Positions 1 through 13,470 of a stretch of DNA of 64,000 nt are shown one piece after another; the stretch's first letter is position 1, and each line of letters opens with the position of its first letter. The stretch comes from Azolla caroliniana (taxonomy: Eukaryota > Plantae > Polypodiophyta). Under the pieces are notes generated by a model. That model was not told where the DNA came from, did not search any database, and saw only the letters and a program-made list of their open reading frames with translations. The stretch spans positions 2,294,001 to 2,358,000 of the forward strand of contig JBHGNT010000020.1 in assembly GCA_043228905.1 (NCBI GenBank), written 5' to 3'. The position numbers and the translations under genes are program-made.

Positions 1-20
1 ATTGTAACTGTTCTATAGAG

Positions 21-44
21 AGAATTAGAATTAGAATTAGAATT
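21..44 (-). repeat. (AGAATT)4 microsatellite 3' tail of the LINE
   Basis: Four perfect hexamers directly after the LINE 3' UTR; RTE-group LINEs typically end in short tandem repeats. Confidence 0.75.
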
Positions 45-2221
45 TTTATCGTCCATAAAGAGGCCAATTTTGACCTATGGGACTAGAGTATACATGTGTT
101 CTTGATATATGTCTCCTTCCTAAGAAGGGGTATTCATATGTTGAAGCACAAAGTCTCTATGTGTTAATAAAGCATACACTTATGAGCTCAACCTTCTAGG
201 TGGTGTCTTAAGTATGGATATTAAGTTATCACTCCCTCTTAGTATGTCAACATATCTTGAACGAATTGCACTATATGTCGAGCATGTGAAGAGCAAGTGA
301 CATTCATCCTCTACCATGCCTTCATTGCATACTTTACATGTCTTCAAATTCATTACATTTTGATACCATGATGCAACTTCAATACCTAACTTGTGAGATC
401 GAGTGCGAACTAGTGTAAGGGCTCTACGAACATTGCTACTCATATTGGTAATGAGATAAGGTTGGATACGATCAATAGACATTCTTGCTTTATATTGAGA
501 CCAACATTCAAGGTTGATATTTGCAATATAGTATTCTAGCTTTGTCCTCTTAACATCCTCCCACTTCATCCTTAATGATTCCACCAACCTTTCCTCAATC
601 ATTACATATTGCATAGCATTGCCTGAAAGCTCTAAAAGATGATCCGCACCCCATCTTCTAAACCATTTCTTTATGTCAACAACCCAACCAGATGAGAGAA
701 TCTTACTTTTATGATTCTTTTGTTGCTTACATCCAACATTCCAAGAAAGATGTGGTAATCGATGATTCGGCATATTCTTGACTTTTGTAATGTATTTATA
801 TACTTTCGCCAATAGTTCTATGGATCGAACACCCGTTTCCAAGAGCATAACTTGGTAAGAGGTAGTGCATTTAACTCCTAATTGCCTCCTTAAAAACATC
901 TTTTGAATTTTCTCAATCTCGTTCCATGCATTAAGAGAGATGGTGTCACCCCATACTTCTACTCCATAAATCAATACTTGAGTTACCATGGCATTGAACA
1001 ACATTAATTTTACTTCCCATCCTCAAGTATCACTTTGGTTGCATTGGTTCTCCAAAAGGTAATATGATTTCCAACCGGCTTGGAGTCTAGAATCAAAGCA
1101 TGCTCTCCATTTATTTGTGGCGGGTACATCAATACCAAGATATTTAAAGCTTTTAACAAATTGTATATGTTCACCTTTATATGTGAGCATAGGGTAATGA
1201 TGAGGTTGGATGGTTTGCACTACCATCATTTTTGTTTTCTCCACATTCACTGCTAGTCCACTACTATGGCAAAATTCTTCTAATACCCCAAGTAAATGTT
1301 GCATACTATCAACATCATATGAGAAGAGTACCACATCATCTGCATATAGAAGCAATAAGATAACATGTTGCATCAAATTGGAGCCATTCCATCCTTCTTC
1401 TCTTGCAACCTTATTCACCACTTCTTCTAATTTATCAATACATAAGCCAAAGAGTGTGGGTGATAGTGGACATTCTTGCTTGATCCCCATGTTACTTAAA
1501 AAGCTCTTTGAGAATCCACTATCCATTTTTAGTTGGCATTTAACTTGTTCATATAGGCGTGCAACCACAACTCGGTACTCTAATGACATGTCAATGTCTA
1601 CCATTCTATTCCGAAGCTCACTTTGTGGTACGGTATCAAAAGCTTTCTTGAAATCAACAAAACAACAATAAAGTGTTTTTCCTTGTAGTCGACTATCTTC
1701 CATGATTACTCTTAATGTGACCAAATGATCCACGGTGGAGTGTTTTCGTCTAAATCTGACTTGCCCAAGTGCTCTTTTGCTTGTACTCTCAGCCCATGTA
1801 CTTATCTTTACCTCCATAATAGTACTATATAATTTAGCAATAGTTGAGCTCACCATTATTGTACGATAATTTGCTACTTGATTCTTATCTCTGCCTTTAA
1901 ATATTGGTTTAATCCAATTCATAAGCCAATCATTTGGAAATCCTTGTTTTATAGCTTGCTCTAAAATTGTCATTATTCAATGACGAGTGTGTGGCATTGT
2001 CCATTTTAAAAGCTCACTGGAGACGTAGGTTGAATCCGCTGCTTTCCCACTTGCCATCTTCTTTATTCCCTTATTGACATCATCAATATCGATACATGTA
2101 GTGCATGGAGTTTCAATTTTCTCAACCATAGGAGCCACACCTTCATGCATATATAATCTTTGTACATAGTCTAGCATCTCTTCGTTTGTAAAGTGACCTT
2201 TCACATCTTCTTTCTTACCCT
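21..2221 (-). mobile_element. 5'-truncated non-LTR retrotransposon (RTE/RTEX-like LINE), degenerate RT plus C-terminal zinc finger
   Basis: ORFs 1023-1973 and 180-1004 contain NYRTI, FVDFKKAFD, GIKQECPLSPTLF, LLYADD, FKYLG and C-terminal CKVC..EDECHLLFTC. The 3' tail is (AATTCT)4. It sits in the GA tract of an LTR that continues at 1-20 and 2222-2516. Confidence 0.9.
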
Positions 2222-2516
2222 TGAGAGGGAGAGAGGGAGAGAGAGAGATACAGAACGACACTCTGTTGTAACCGCCACTGTGCGAAGAAACAGAGCTCGA
2301 GGTCGTTGCCTCCGAGTCTCTAATTGTACCCCTTCTCTTCATAGCGATAGTTCAAAGTTTGTGGGCTCCCGTGGTTTTTCCCTATTAGGGTTTTCCATGT
2401 AAGCATCTTGTGCCATTTTCTTGTGTACTCTCCACTTCCCATTTCTGTGTTTGAGTCTTATAGAAGTGACTTACTACTCGGTTGTGGCCGAGCGGTATTC
2501 TGGGCATTTCTCTACA
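2222..2516 (+). mobile_element. 3' part of a copia-type LTR related to solo LTR 33078-33755
   Basis: Colinear similarity to 33450-33755 (GA tract, ctgttgtaaccgc, gaggtcgttgcctc, ggttttccaYgtaa); ends in ..TACA. Confidence 0.7.
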
Positions 2517-2620
2517 GGTTCTTCATTCTCCAATTCCATTGGAGTCCTAGCTTGGAGTTTTTGGAGAGATTCCCGAAGATTCTGATTTTCAAGTTGAAGT
2601 TGATGCATGGCTACCAATAG

Positions 2621-5600
2621 TGTAAAGAGTAACGTGCGGAAGCAAGTATGAAGACCGAACAGAGGAAGAAAACTCAGGTTTAATGGAGAGCTTGAGCTTA
2701 CGCAGTATACGCAGTATACGCGAGAGAGACAGAGAGAGTGATAGAGAGAAAACAAGAACTATATTCAAAAAACTCTATTCACCATTCTCTATACATATGT
2801 GTGCTCAATGAACACTTTTATACAAGTCCTAGAAGGACTCACCGAAGTACTGACAGTACTTCAATGCTCACTAAGAGCTCCTACACTAACTCCCAAATAT
2901 ATTCCTCATGGAATATCTTTCCTAACGGCCTCCCGGTTTACGCACCGATCCGGCCCTACCTACGCACCGGTCTACGTACCGGTTTACGCATTCGGCCTAA
3001 CCGATCGGTCCCAACCGATCCGGTCCTCGGCTTCTTCAGCCGATCCGGCCGATGTTGAGCTTGTCTCTCAACACTCCCCCTCAAGCTCAACTTGAGGCTC
3101 TTTGGGATCTTCGGGCTCCCAGCTCCGGTTCCTCCTAGCTTCACGCCTCGCTCGCGCTCCACGACCTATTCGACTCCGCGCGCTTCGACCCTTCCGGTCG
3201 GCTTGTCTGCTCATGTGGCCCTCATCAGCTCTTCTGCTGTTGCGGTGTTGACGCTTCTTTTGCTACTTTTTCTTCTGCTTGGGCCTCAGTTGATTCAGCG
3301 TGTTTGAATCAAACATCCGAACCGACTCGGCTACCTCCGATCGGTTTTCGCTCTCGTCCGAGTTGGCTGTCTCCAACTCGTCTTCGGTCTTCTCGCCCTC
3401 GGTGGCGTCATCTTCCCCATGCGTGGTTGGCTTCGGCTCTCTCCTTCGGTTGCTCCCCTTCTGTCCTCTTCCGAACTTTTCCGCGGGTCTGTCCTCGGCT
3501 TCTTCAGCCGATACTGACTCGGTGGTGTCGCGGTCTCTACTCCTTTCCTGCTGCCTTGCTTGGTCGTTCGGGACTGTTCTCCCCCTCAAGTTTGGCACGT
3601 CGAGGTGACGCAATCCGAGCGCACTTGAGAATTGCCGCAACTTGTCCAGACCAAGAGGCTTGGTGAAGATGTCGGCAGTCTGCCGATCCGTCGGAACGTA
3701 CTGAAGTTCGACTTCACCGGAAAGGACACGCTCACGGACGAAATGGTAGTGCACCTCAATGTGCTTGGTCCGTGCGTGGAAGATGGGGTTCTTCGCGAGT
3801 TGGATGCTGCTGAGGTTGTCGCAGTAGATTGTTGTTGGATCGGACACCTCCTCTTGTAGGTCCTTAAGTAGCCGCTTCAACCATATGGCTTCGCATGTCG
3901 CGACAACCGCGCCTCGGTACTCAGCTTTGGTGCTCGACAGTGCAACTGTTGGCTGCTTCTTACTACTCCACGCGATCGCGGCACTCCCGAGGGAGAACGC
4001 GTATCCAGACGTGGATCGGCGATCGGCGGCGTTGCTAGCCCAATCAGCATCGGTGTAGCCGACTAACTGCATGGCTGCACCGGTCCGATATAGCAATCCC
4101 CGGTCCTTAGTGCCGTTGACATACCGAAGTATGCGTTGCGCACACTGAAGGTGCTCGTCGGTAGGTCGCGCCATGAACTGACTGATCACTCCGACCGGAT
4201 AACTGAGGTCGGGTCGGGTGATGGTCAAGTATATGAGGCTTCCGACAATTTGTCGGAACCTCATCGGGTTGCATACCTTTCCTGTATCGGGACGAAGCTT
4301 GACGGTTCTATCCAGAGGAGTCGAGACGGACTTACAGTCGGCCATCCCGAGTTTGAAGAGCATACCCAGCACGTAATGACGTTGGCTGATCAATATGCCT
4401 TTGGGGGTACGGATCACTTCGATCCCGAGGAAGTAATGAAGGTCCCCCAGATCCTTCATGTCGAACGATGCCGCAAGTTGGAGCTTCACGCGGTCGATTT
4501 CACCGAGGTCGGCGCCGGTGATGACCAAGTCTTCAACATATAGTAAAATACTAACCGGTTCGAGTCGACCTTTCCGGATGAACAGGGAAGAGTCCGATTT
4601 TGACGTGACGAAGCCCATCCGACGCAGTTGTTGCGTGATCTTCGCGTTCCAGGCATGCGGGGCTTGCTTCAGTCCGTAAAGGGACTTCTTCAGTCGGCAT
4701 ACTACCGAGGAGTTCGTTCCGGAGTGAAATCCGGGGGGCTGTACCATGTACACCTGTTCCTCAAGGTCACCTTGCAGGAACACATTCTTTACATCCATTT
4801 GATGTAGGTGCCACCCCTTCGCCGCAGCTACTGCGAGCAAAACACGGACAATTGTCATTTTCGCAACCGGCGCAAATGTCTCATCGTAGTCGATGCCGTG
4901 TTTCTGCGCATAGCCCTTTGCCACTAGCCGAGCCTTGTACCGGTTGACCGAGCCATCGGTGTTGTACTTGACTTTGTACACCCACCTACACCCGATCGGT
5001 TTTACCCATGTTGGTGTGTCAACCAGGTCCCAGGTCTTGTTCTCCGCCAATGCGTGCATCTCTTCCTCCATCGCGACAGGCCAATTCGCATCTTTAGCCA
5101 CTTCTGCGTAGCTCTCCGGCTCACGCACTTCCGCTACACGAGTCATGTACGCATAATGATGCGCCATGTACTCGTTGTATCCGAACCTCAAAACAGGGTT
5201 CTTCTGGCGGGTAGATCGGCGTAATCTAGCATTAGCCGATGTCGAGGCCTTCTCGGTCGATGCGGACTTTACCTTTAAAGACCCGTCACCGGTTCCCTCA
5301 GAGTCAGACTCGCGTTGGTCAGACTCGTTCCTATCCGTGCCGGAATCCGACACCTTCTTCTTCCCTTTCTCTTTGCGCATAAGCCGTCTCCTCAGCTTCC
5401 TGCGCGGGGAATGCACGGCCGAGTCTCTACTACTCGCCGGCTCTTCATCGGACTGATCGTACCGACTCAGTCGTCCAATCGGTCCACTCGGTCCACTTAA
5501 ACGGAGTGAAATCGAACTCTCTTCGCGGGTCTCAATTTCGGGCTCATCCGGAGGCATCTCGGCCTCGCTGACCTCATCGTCAGAGCTTGGGTTGGAGTCG

Positions 5601-8332
5601 GGGTTCGGAGTCGGGGGCTAGTACCAGGACACGGACTCGTCAACCACAACGTCGCGGCTAACACGCGCTTGTTTGGTGCGAGGGTTATAGCACTTATAAC
5701 CTTTCTGCTCATCCGAGTAACCGACCAAGATGCATTTCTCGGCCTTTGCGTCCAGCTTCCTCCTTTTCTCCTTCGGTACATGCACATACGCAATGCTACT
5801 GAACACCCTCAAGTGTCGCAAGTTCGGCTTCGTTCCAAAATATAGCTCGTGCGCCGACACTTTGTCTCCGATCCGGTTTTGGATGTATACTACGGTCCTT
5901 ACCGCCTCGGCCCAGTAGAACTTGGGCAAGCTCTTCTCCTCTAGCATTGCCCGTGCCGCTTCCACAATCGACCGATTCTTCCTCTCGGCCACGCCATTCT
6001 GCTCCGGCGTGTATGTACAATTGAATTCGCGCCGAATTCCCATTTGTTGTAGATAACCGTTGAATTGACCAGAAAAGTACTCTTTCCCGCCATCCGACCG
6101 CAGACACTTGATCTTTCGTCCCATTTCCGTTTCCAAGAACCCTTTGAGGTCCCAGAAGCAGTCGAAGACTTCGCTCTTCCTCTCAATGAGGTAGATCCAC
6201 GTGTGCCGCGTGTGGTCGTCGATGAAGGAGACGAAATATCGGTTCCCGCCAAGACTAACATTTTGTGCCGGCCCCCATACATCGGAATCTATAAGTTCGA
6301 GTTTGTTCTGGCTCCGGTTTCGCTCGTTGGGGAAAGGAAGTCGGTGTTGTTTGCCAAGCTGGCAGACTTCACAAATTTGTGCCTTTCGGCCACTAAATTT
6401 GGGCAATCTGAACACTACTTGTTTCGATTGCAGATCTTGAAGCCGCTGGTAGTTGACGTGGCCTATCCGCTTGTGCCACAAGTCGATGTCTGACTCGGAT
6501 TTTTGTCCCTTCGTGTACATTGTGGTGCCGCCGTCAGTGGAATCGAGGATGAACATCCTCCCGTCTCTGCGCCCTTGCGCAATCACACGGCCTTCTTCCT
6601 CAATGAAGCACCCGAGGTGTGTAAACCGAACCTCCATCCCTTGGTCGACGATCTGTCCGACCGAGACCAAGTTCTTCGTGATTGTCGGAACGTGCAGCAC
6701 ATTCATGAGTTTCCCTTTCTGCCCGACATGGCTAAGGGGAACTTCTCCGACATTCGCGATCGGATGCGGAGTGTCGTCTCCAGTTGCGACTACTCCAGGT
6801 TGTATCGGTTTTTCAAGGTACGAGAACCACTCCTTATGACTCGTCATGTGGTTTGACGCGTCAGAGTCTACATACCACACCTCGTCCGATCTCGGGGTGG
6901 TCCGTTTCATTGAGTTTGCTTCGTGTCTCGTCACAAAGACAGACCCTTCTCTGGCTCTCCCGGAGTCTTCGGCGTAGTGTGATCGCTGCCGATTTCCCTT
7001 GTCAGTATGTCCGGAGCCGTTTCCGGAACCGGTTCTCTCCGAATTGGCGCGCTTCTTCTAGCACTCACTTTCCCTGTGGCCTTTCTTGCCATAGTACCAG
7101 CACTCCGCGATGGCCTTCCCTTGCCGGTTCTCATCGCTTCGACTCCCCCTGTTTCCGGAGTTGCTGTCAGCATCACTTCAGTGCCTTCTTCCTTGATCTC
7201 GTCGGCTGCCTCCATTGTGCGCCGACTCGCCTCGTCCTCCATGTCCATGAGGCCTATCTCCCTCCGTGTACAACATTCTGTTGTCGGTGTGCGTGCTTGT
7301 AGACGCACCCGCATGGTTCTCCTCTACTAGGAGCATTGACTGTAAGTCGAAAAATGACGACATATTCTCCTGGGTACACACAGCCGTTCGGAACGCTCCG
7401 AACTTCGACACCAAACCTCCAAGACAGATTTGGACCATCTTGCTCTCCTCGATGTTCACCTCTATGGAGGCGAGGGAGTCGCAGATATCCTTGATCTTCG
7501 AGGTATAGTCCGCCACAGACAAGTTGCGTTGTCGTAGGTTGTTCAACTTCTGTCGGAGCTTAAGCTTCCTGGCTGTGGTGCTCGCGGCGAAAATCTTCTT
7601 CAGATTTTCCCACGCACCCTTCGGCGTCTTTGCATCCCGTACATAGCTCAATAGTTGTTCGCCCACACACGACGTGAAGCAGTATAATACCCTGCTCGCC
7701 GATTGCTCCCACGACGGGAAGTCTCTATGTGTCGATTTGGGTGCCGCGTCATTAGCTCCTTCGACATAACTCCAGTAGCCGTGCCCGAGCAGGTACTGGT
7801 GCATATTGTAGGACCAAGACGCGTAGTTGGTTCTGTCGAGCTTCTCTATTGGAAACGAGCTCGCCATGCCTCTATCCATCGTTCTTCTTGTTCTTCTTCG
7901 TCAAGCTGTGTCGGCTGCAGAGAGGTTCTCAAGCCTCGCGCTCTGATACCATGTAAAGAGTAACGTGCGGAAGCAAGTATGAAGACCGAACAGAGGAAGA
8001 AAACTCAGGTTTAATGGAGAGCTTGAGCTTACGCAGTATACGCGGGAGAGACAGAGAGAGTGATAGAGAGAAAACAAGAACAATATTCAATGAACACTTT
8101 TATACAAGTCCTAGAAGGACTCACCGAAGTACTGACAGTACTTTAATGCTCACTAAGAGCTCCTACACTAACTCCCAAATATATTCCTCACGGAATATCT
8201 TTCCTAACGGCCTCCCGGTTTACGCACCGATCTGGCCCTACCTACGCACCAGTCTGCGTACCGGTTTACGCATTCGGTCCGGTCCTCGGCTTCTTCGGCC
8301 GATCCGGCGGATGTTGAGCTTGTCTCTCAACA
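2621..8332 (-). mobile_element. Full-length Ty1/copia element A
   Basis: LTRs 2621-3073 and 7952-8332; TSD AATAG (2616-2620 / 8333-8337); tRNA-iMet PBS TGGTATCAGAGC at 7940-7951; PPT at 3074-3086. Confidence 0.97.
3263..7879 (-). pseudogene. pol: copia A gag-pol (gag, PR WYVDSDAS, IN, RT, RNase H) with frameshifts and a stop
   Basis: ORFs 7178-7879, 5618-6934 and 3263-5557 with motifs LWHKRIGH, CEVCQLGKQ, EQNGVAER, YKARLVAKG, QMDVKN, LYVED, GYTDADWA, RTKHIEVHYHF. Confidence 0.95.
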
Positions 8333-8789
8333 AATAGTTTATTTATGTTCTCGGTAGAATCTGACATGATGAGGCTTTGGAGATGGAAGGTGAACAATTG
8401 TCACGGACAAGTAGATGAGGCTCAATACTAAGAGAGTGAGAGAGAGATCATAGACAAGATAATAAGAAAGAGAGAGAGAAAGTAATCAAGAGAATAAGAA
8501 CTGAATTATGATTTTGTAACTGGTGTTGTTCACCTTGACTAAGTCCATGGTGAACCCCTGTATTTATACATGTTTATGGGCTCTAAATGTAGCCCCATGC
8601 AAAGACTCATTTTCATGCACAAGGTTCTAGAATATTCTAGCTTCTGGAGCTTTCTGGAAGCTTCTAAAATCCTACATGTAGAATAGCTAATCTACAATAA
8701 TCTAGTAAGGTAATATGATTATGTATTGGATGTATTGGTTAAAATATATCGATTAAATACAATAGGTCAAAAGTTGGAATCATGACATG

Positions 8790-8972
8790 ACTATTGTCAT
8801 GTCCATGACAGATTCAGAGAAGTCCTCTGCTTGGAAGACTCTTCCACCGGTGAAGTCCTCTGCTTGCACGAACATGGCTGCTGGACTCCGATGCCTGTCA
8901 CAATAAATGGTTTTCGAACTATTCAGCCAAAGCTGGTGGCACAATCTGACTCGGCAATGGGCAGGAGTGCGT
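8790..8972 (+). pseudogene. Old copia protease fragment
   Basis: Reads TWLLDSDA...KWFSNYSAKAGGTI*LGNGQEC. Confidence 0.6.
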
Positions 8973-10127
8973 TGTCATGAATTAGGAAGGTTTCACATTA
9001 AAAATCCACAATAAGATAAATACATAATTAAAATTAAATGAATCTTGAAAGTATTTAGGTTGTTATACATAGAGATCATATTAACAAAACATTGCTATCA
9101 CACTATGATAATATTATATAATATATGAAGAGGCGAATGAAGCGGAAAAATGTATTACATGGGCCAAAGAGGATGTGAACCTAGAACCTCCACCTTACGA
9201 GCCTCAAAGCCTACCATATAGCCAATACTTGACATGATTTATATAAAAGTATATCTCTTGGTTCATTTGAACTATGATTGTATAGCCTAAAACATGTAAT
9301 GTACTACATGTGCACCAGATAGCACACATGCAAGAGCCTCTCTACATGGGCGCCACATGGCCCACATGCAAAACCATCCCTTTCCTATAAAGGGAGAAGG
9401 GAGTTTAATCACAAGATATTGATCAGATTGAAAGAGAATTATAATGTAAAAGATATCATAATAGAGAGGAAGGGAGAGAAGGAGAATTTGATAAATAATC
9501 TTCACAACACAAGAGAAGATCTAGCTTGGCGGTTGTGGTGCTCAACTCGCAATGAGATGGTGGCGGTTCGAGTCTTATCCTCATTGAAAGATACAAGGGA
9601 AGATTGTGGTTTATAATCAAGAAAGAGAAGAGCGGTTACCTTGTGAGACAAAGCGCAAAGGTTTAACAATGCTTGCAACTTTTGGTAACTCTTTCATCAA
9701 ATAATTATAAATTTCTTATATTTCCTCAAATATCATTCTACATTTGATCTTGTCATGTCTCGTTGATCTCTATTTACTCCATGTATACTCTTTCTCTTTC
9801 CGTCTCTTCCATACAAAATCCTAGTGATTCTTTCCTCACTTTCACGCTATCTTTTGTCTAAGCAAAGCTACACTTTTGGGTGAGGCACAATTTGGTGAAC
9901 CCGATGTGAGACGGGGAAGTAGAAGAGACAATCTAAAATGAAGAGTAATCAACATGGCAAGTACAACTACAATGGATCCGGTAAGGTTGTTTATTGACAA
10001 ATTGAATCAAGTTCAATTATTTCATGCCTTACGAGAAGTTTGAGAGAAGATTAGTGTGTTTGATGGCACAAATATTTCAAAGTACTTGTATATATATTAT
10101 GATGAAATGGAGATCTTTTGTGTGAAT
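8973..10127 (+). mobile_element. tRNA-Trp-primed gypsy element M: 5' LTR (8973-~9889), PBS and gag start
   Basis: Starts TGTCAT; PBS TGGTGAACCCGATGTGA at 9893-9909; gag remnant ISVFDGTNISKYLYIYYDEM is homologous to the 27513 ORF; interrupted at 10128. Confidence 0.8.
9171..9575. promoter_or_regulatory. Two divergent tRNA-like A/B-box cassettes in the M LTR (9171-9224 minus; 9522-9575 plus)
   Basis: TGGCTATATGG/GGTTCACATCC and TAGCTTGGCGG/GGTTCGAGTCT. Confidence 0.6.
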
Positions 10128-11202
10128 TGTTAGGAATAGGTCCCTCCAGTGGGAGGAGCCGATTGTTTGGGCCAAGAAATGTCGATAGTCGAAGAGAAGA
10201 AGGATCCAACTGTTCGGATGGTGTGTCGATGGTTGAAGAGTTGACTGCAAGAAAATTACTTGTGAGAGTCAACAGGGTGAGTCGACAGGAACGAGATCCA
10301 GGTCGAAGACACGACCGACTAGTCGGGCCGATGAGATGGTCGATAGCTAGGCCGACTAGTCGAACCGACTAGACAGTCGACACTAGGGTCGGTTGATGGC
10401 CACTTACTTTTATAGATAATAGTTGTCAAGAACAATACTAAGACAGAGAGGGAATTAGTACTAAAAGATGTGAATTAGTACTAAGAGAGAGAAAAGGATG
10501 TAGAATTCACAAGAGAAGGAGAGAGAGAGAGAGAGAATGATGATAACAAAAGATATATTATATTATATGAAGAGTAAGTACAAGAATAGTTATGAGGCTT
10601 AAGATTGGCGTTGAACCGATTTGGTTCGAAATAATGCATTGTGCCTCCTTTTATAGTGTTTTAAGGAGTACTCCTGAAGTTTCTAGAATGTTCTAGAGAA
10701 ATCTAGAAATATACATCAATTTTCTATAGTGAAATAATAAATGAAAATAATATTTTTTATATTACAATATATAGTTTAATGGTAAGGGCTCGACCCATGT
10801 AACATAAGGTCATGGGTTCAAATCTTGTCATATCATAACAGTATCCCTTTTTTAAAACGACGAGTGTTACGAGTCGTTTTGGATTGAGGACCCGGTTTGT
10901 CTGGATATTGACGATGGAAGTCTTCAAGAAGAGCACGAGCATTGGTCACATTCTCTATTGGTTCCCAAGTACGCTCACTAGGGCTATATCCTAGCCAATT
11001 GACTGTTGAATACGAGTGTATAATGGTCGTATTCACTGTCCCTTTGGACAGCCCAAGTTCGGGCTATTTCTGTAAATAGCATAAAGGGCACTTGCCCTAG
11101 GATAGTCACTATATAAAGTGACTTTGTAACCTTTAGTGAAGGTTGGTTGTCATTTGTAACTATTGCTATTGCAATATAATGTTTTCCTTTGTGCCTTTGG
11201 GC

Positions 11203-11243
<41 letters not shown>

Positions 11244-12843
11244 CCTCTATGTCTATCTTGCTCATGCATACACAGGTTCTTCTTCATCACGAATGTTGCT
11301 TGCACTTCCGCATTGACGGCCTTGTCCCCAACATTTGGTATCAGAGCGTTGGAGGTTCTTCAACCCGTTGCCAACCATCATCACACAACACAACATTCTA
11401 TTTTCGTTTTCTTTGAAGAACAGAGAAGGGAGAAGAAAAACAAAAAGCTCGCATCTCACTGTGTTAAATCACAAATTGGAGTAAACTAGTCGGTTGTTCT
11501 CTGTTCCTATGATTGTAACCGCTTGAGGGGAGCTCCTTGAGCAACAACCAACCCAATCGTGCTTCACTCGGCTAATCGACATTCAGGAGGATCAGTTGGA
11601 TCCGTCTCTCTCATCGTTGCAGTCATTCAAAGCAGAATCGGCCCAAACAATCGGTTTCATGTAATCGGTATTCGGCATACAATCGGAAGCTAACCGGGCT
11701 CACTCCGACTCGGCAACATTCGGGAAGACTAGCCGGTTTTGTCCCTCAAGTTACCGGAGTCACTCTGAGCAAGTTCAGCAACAAGCAGCAACTCGGGTTC
11801 AAAACTGACTAGAACGATATCGGGTGAGCCGACCGGCTGCACCCCACTAAGGTTCGTAGTCAACTCCGAACTGAGTCTTTCCAACCGAAACCGAAGCAGA
11901 TGGCATCAACATCCGGCTCATCAGAGATGAGTCTAAGGAGGTTCGACGGTTCGAACTTCAACTTTTGGAAGGAACAAATCCAGGACTATCTCATAGTGAA
12001 GGGTCAAATAGACCTGATTGAGAATGAAAATCCTCCAGAAGCATTCAAGGCAAACGAGTGGTTAAAGCTGGATAGAATCGTCCGCGCCACGATTCGGATG
12101 CGCTTGTCGGAGTCAGTGTACTTCACAGTGCAATCATGCATGACAACATTTGAACTTTGGAAAACACTATCGGAAACTTATGAAAAGAAGGTTGCCGCAA
12201 CAAAGATGTATCTGATCTACAACTTGCGGATGAAAGAATCTGACTCGGTTCAGGCACACCTCAACAAGTACAAAAGCATAAGCTCCCAAAATCTCGTCTC
12301 AGGGGACGGCAATCGAGGATGAACTCAAAGCAATGATACTCATGAGTAGTCTCCCCTCTTCATAGGAAACTTTCGTTACAACCGTGTGCAATGCTTCAAC
12401 AGTTGTCGTTAAGTACTCCGAAGGCACGAGCGCAATCCTGACTGAAGCAGCTCGGAGAAAATCTTCGGCCAAAGACTCGATAGATGAAGCTTACGTAGTA
12501 CAAGGTTTGACCGACCAATCAAACAACGGGGGAAGAAGTTCTTCCTGACTGCCGAACAATCAGCGAAGCCGGAGCAAGTCTCGGGACAACCGAATCCGCA
12601 ACTACCGCAAGAAACTGGGACACATCAAAGCCGACTGTCGGGCACTCAAAGCAAAAACCGACAAAGCCCAGACAGCGGTGTCGTGAAGATCCGTTGTCGT
12701 AGTGTATTTCGTACACTACGTGAAAAAGTAAAAATAATATAACCGATTTAATTACATATAAATAAATAAAATAAGAATATCAAGATATTTATCACCAATA
12801 AATAAAATAAAAATATCAAGATATTTATCACGTGCATAGGGCA

Positions 12844-12897
12844 AGATTTGAACCTTGTACCTCCACGTAACCAAACCTCAACTTTACCATTATGCTA
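12844..12897 (-). promoter_or_regulatory. tRNA-like A/B-box cassette in U3 of the D LTR (copy ~15657-15710)
   Basis: A box TAGCATAATGG and B box GGTTCAAATCT, 32 nt apart. Confidence 0.65.
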
Positions 12898-13470
12898 CCT
12901 TATCTTTAGTGTTCTACAAATAGATTTAATAACTATAAGTGCTTTATTTGCGCCTACCTTTATTAAAAGGTAAATCATGCATTTTTAGAGTGCGTGAATA
13001 TTTTATAGAAAAACGCAAGCAACTAAAAAGTGACTCATGCACATCTAGCGTGCATGAGCACTATATTTAGCAAATAAAAGCAAGGATTAAGAAAGCATCA
13101 CATGCACATTTAGTGTGCATGAACATATTAGAAAAAGCATGTAGCTATGTTTAGTCTCTCCCATCACTATATAAGGATGGGGAGCACATTGTAGTTTTTG
13201 TTGATTATTTTTCTATAATGATCAATCAATCTAAAATATTCGTGGGATTCACGAATTTGCTAAAATAATTCTCTCTTACTACCTAAATATTGACTAAAAA
13301 TACTAAACTCGTGGGATTCACGAGATTCTTATCTTATAACTCTTTATACCTATTCTTTACTAGCCTTATTTGTCTTTTTCTTTTCTCCTAGTCCAAAACC
13401 CCGGTGGTTCCCACCCGACTCACGCAAACGATCCGGAGCCGAAAGGCACGACACAGTTGGTGAACCCGAC

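Larger units (their letters stand above)
2517..8787 (-). mobile_element. Remnant Ty3/gypsy (chromovirus-like) 5' end: LTR 8399-8787 and gag start, split by copia A
   Basis: TG..CA LTR. Removing 2621-8337 restores gag MSDSTENINKLLVAMHQLQLENQNLRESLQKLQ from the ATG at 8367. Confidence 0.65.
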
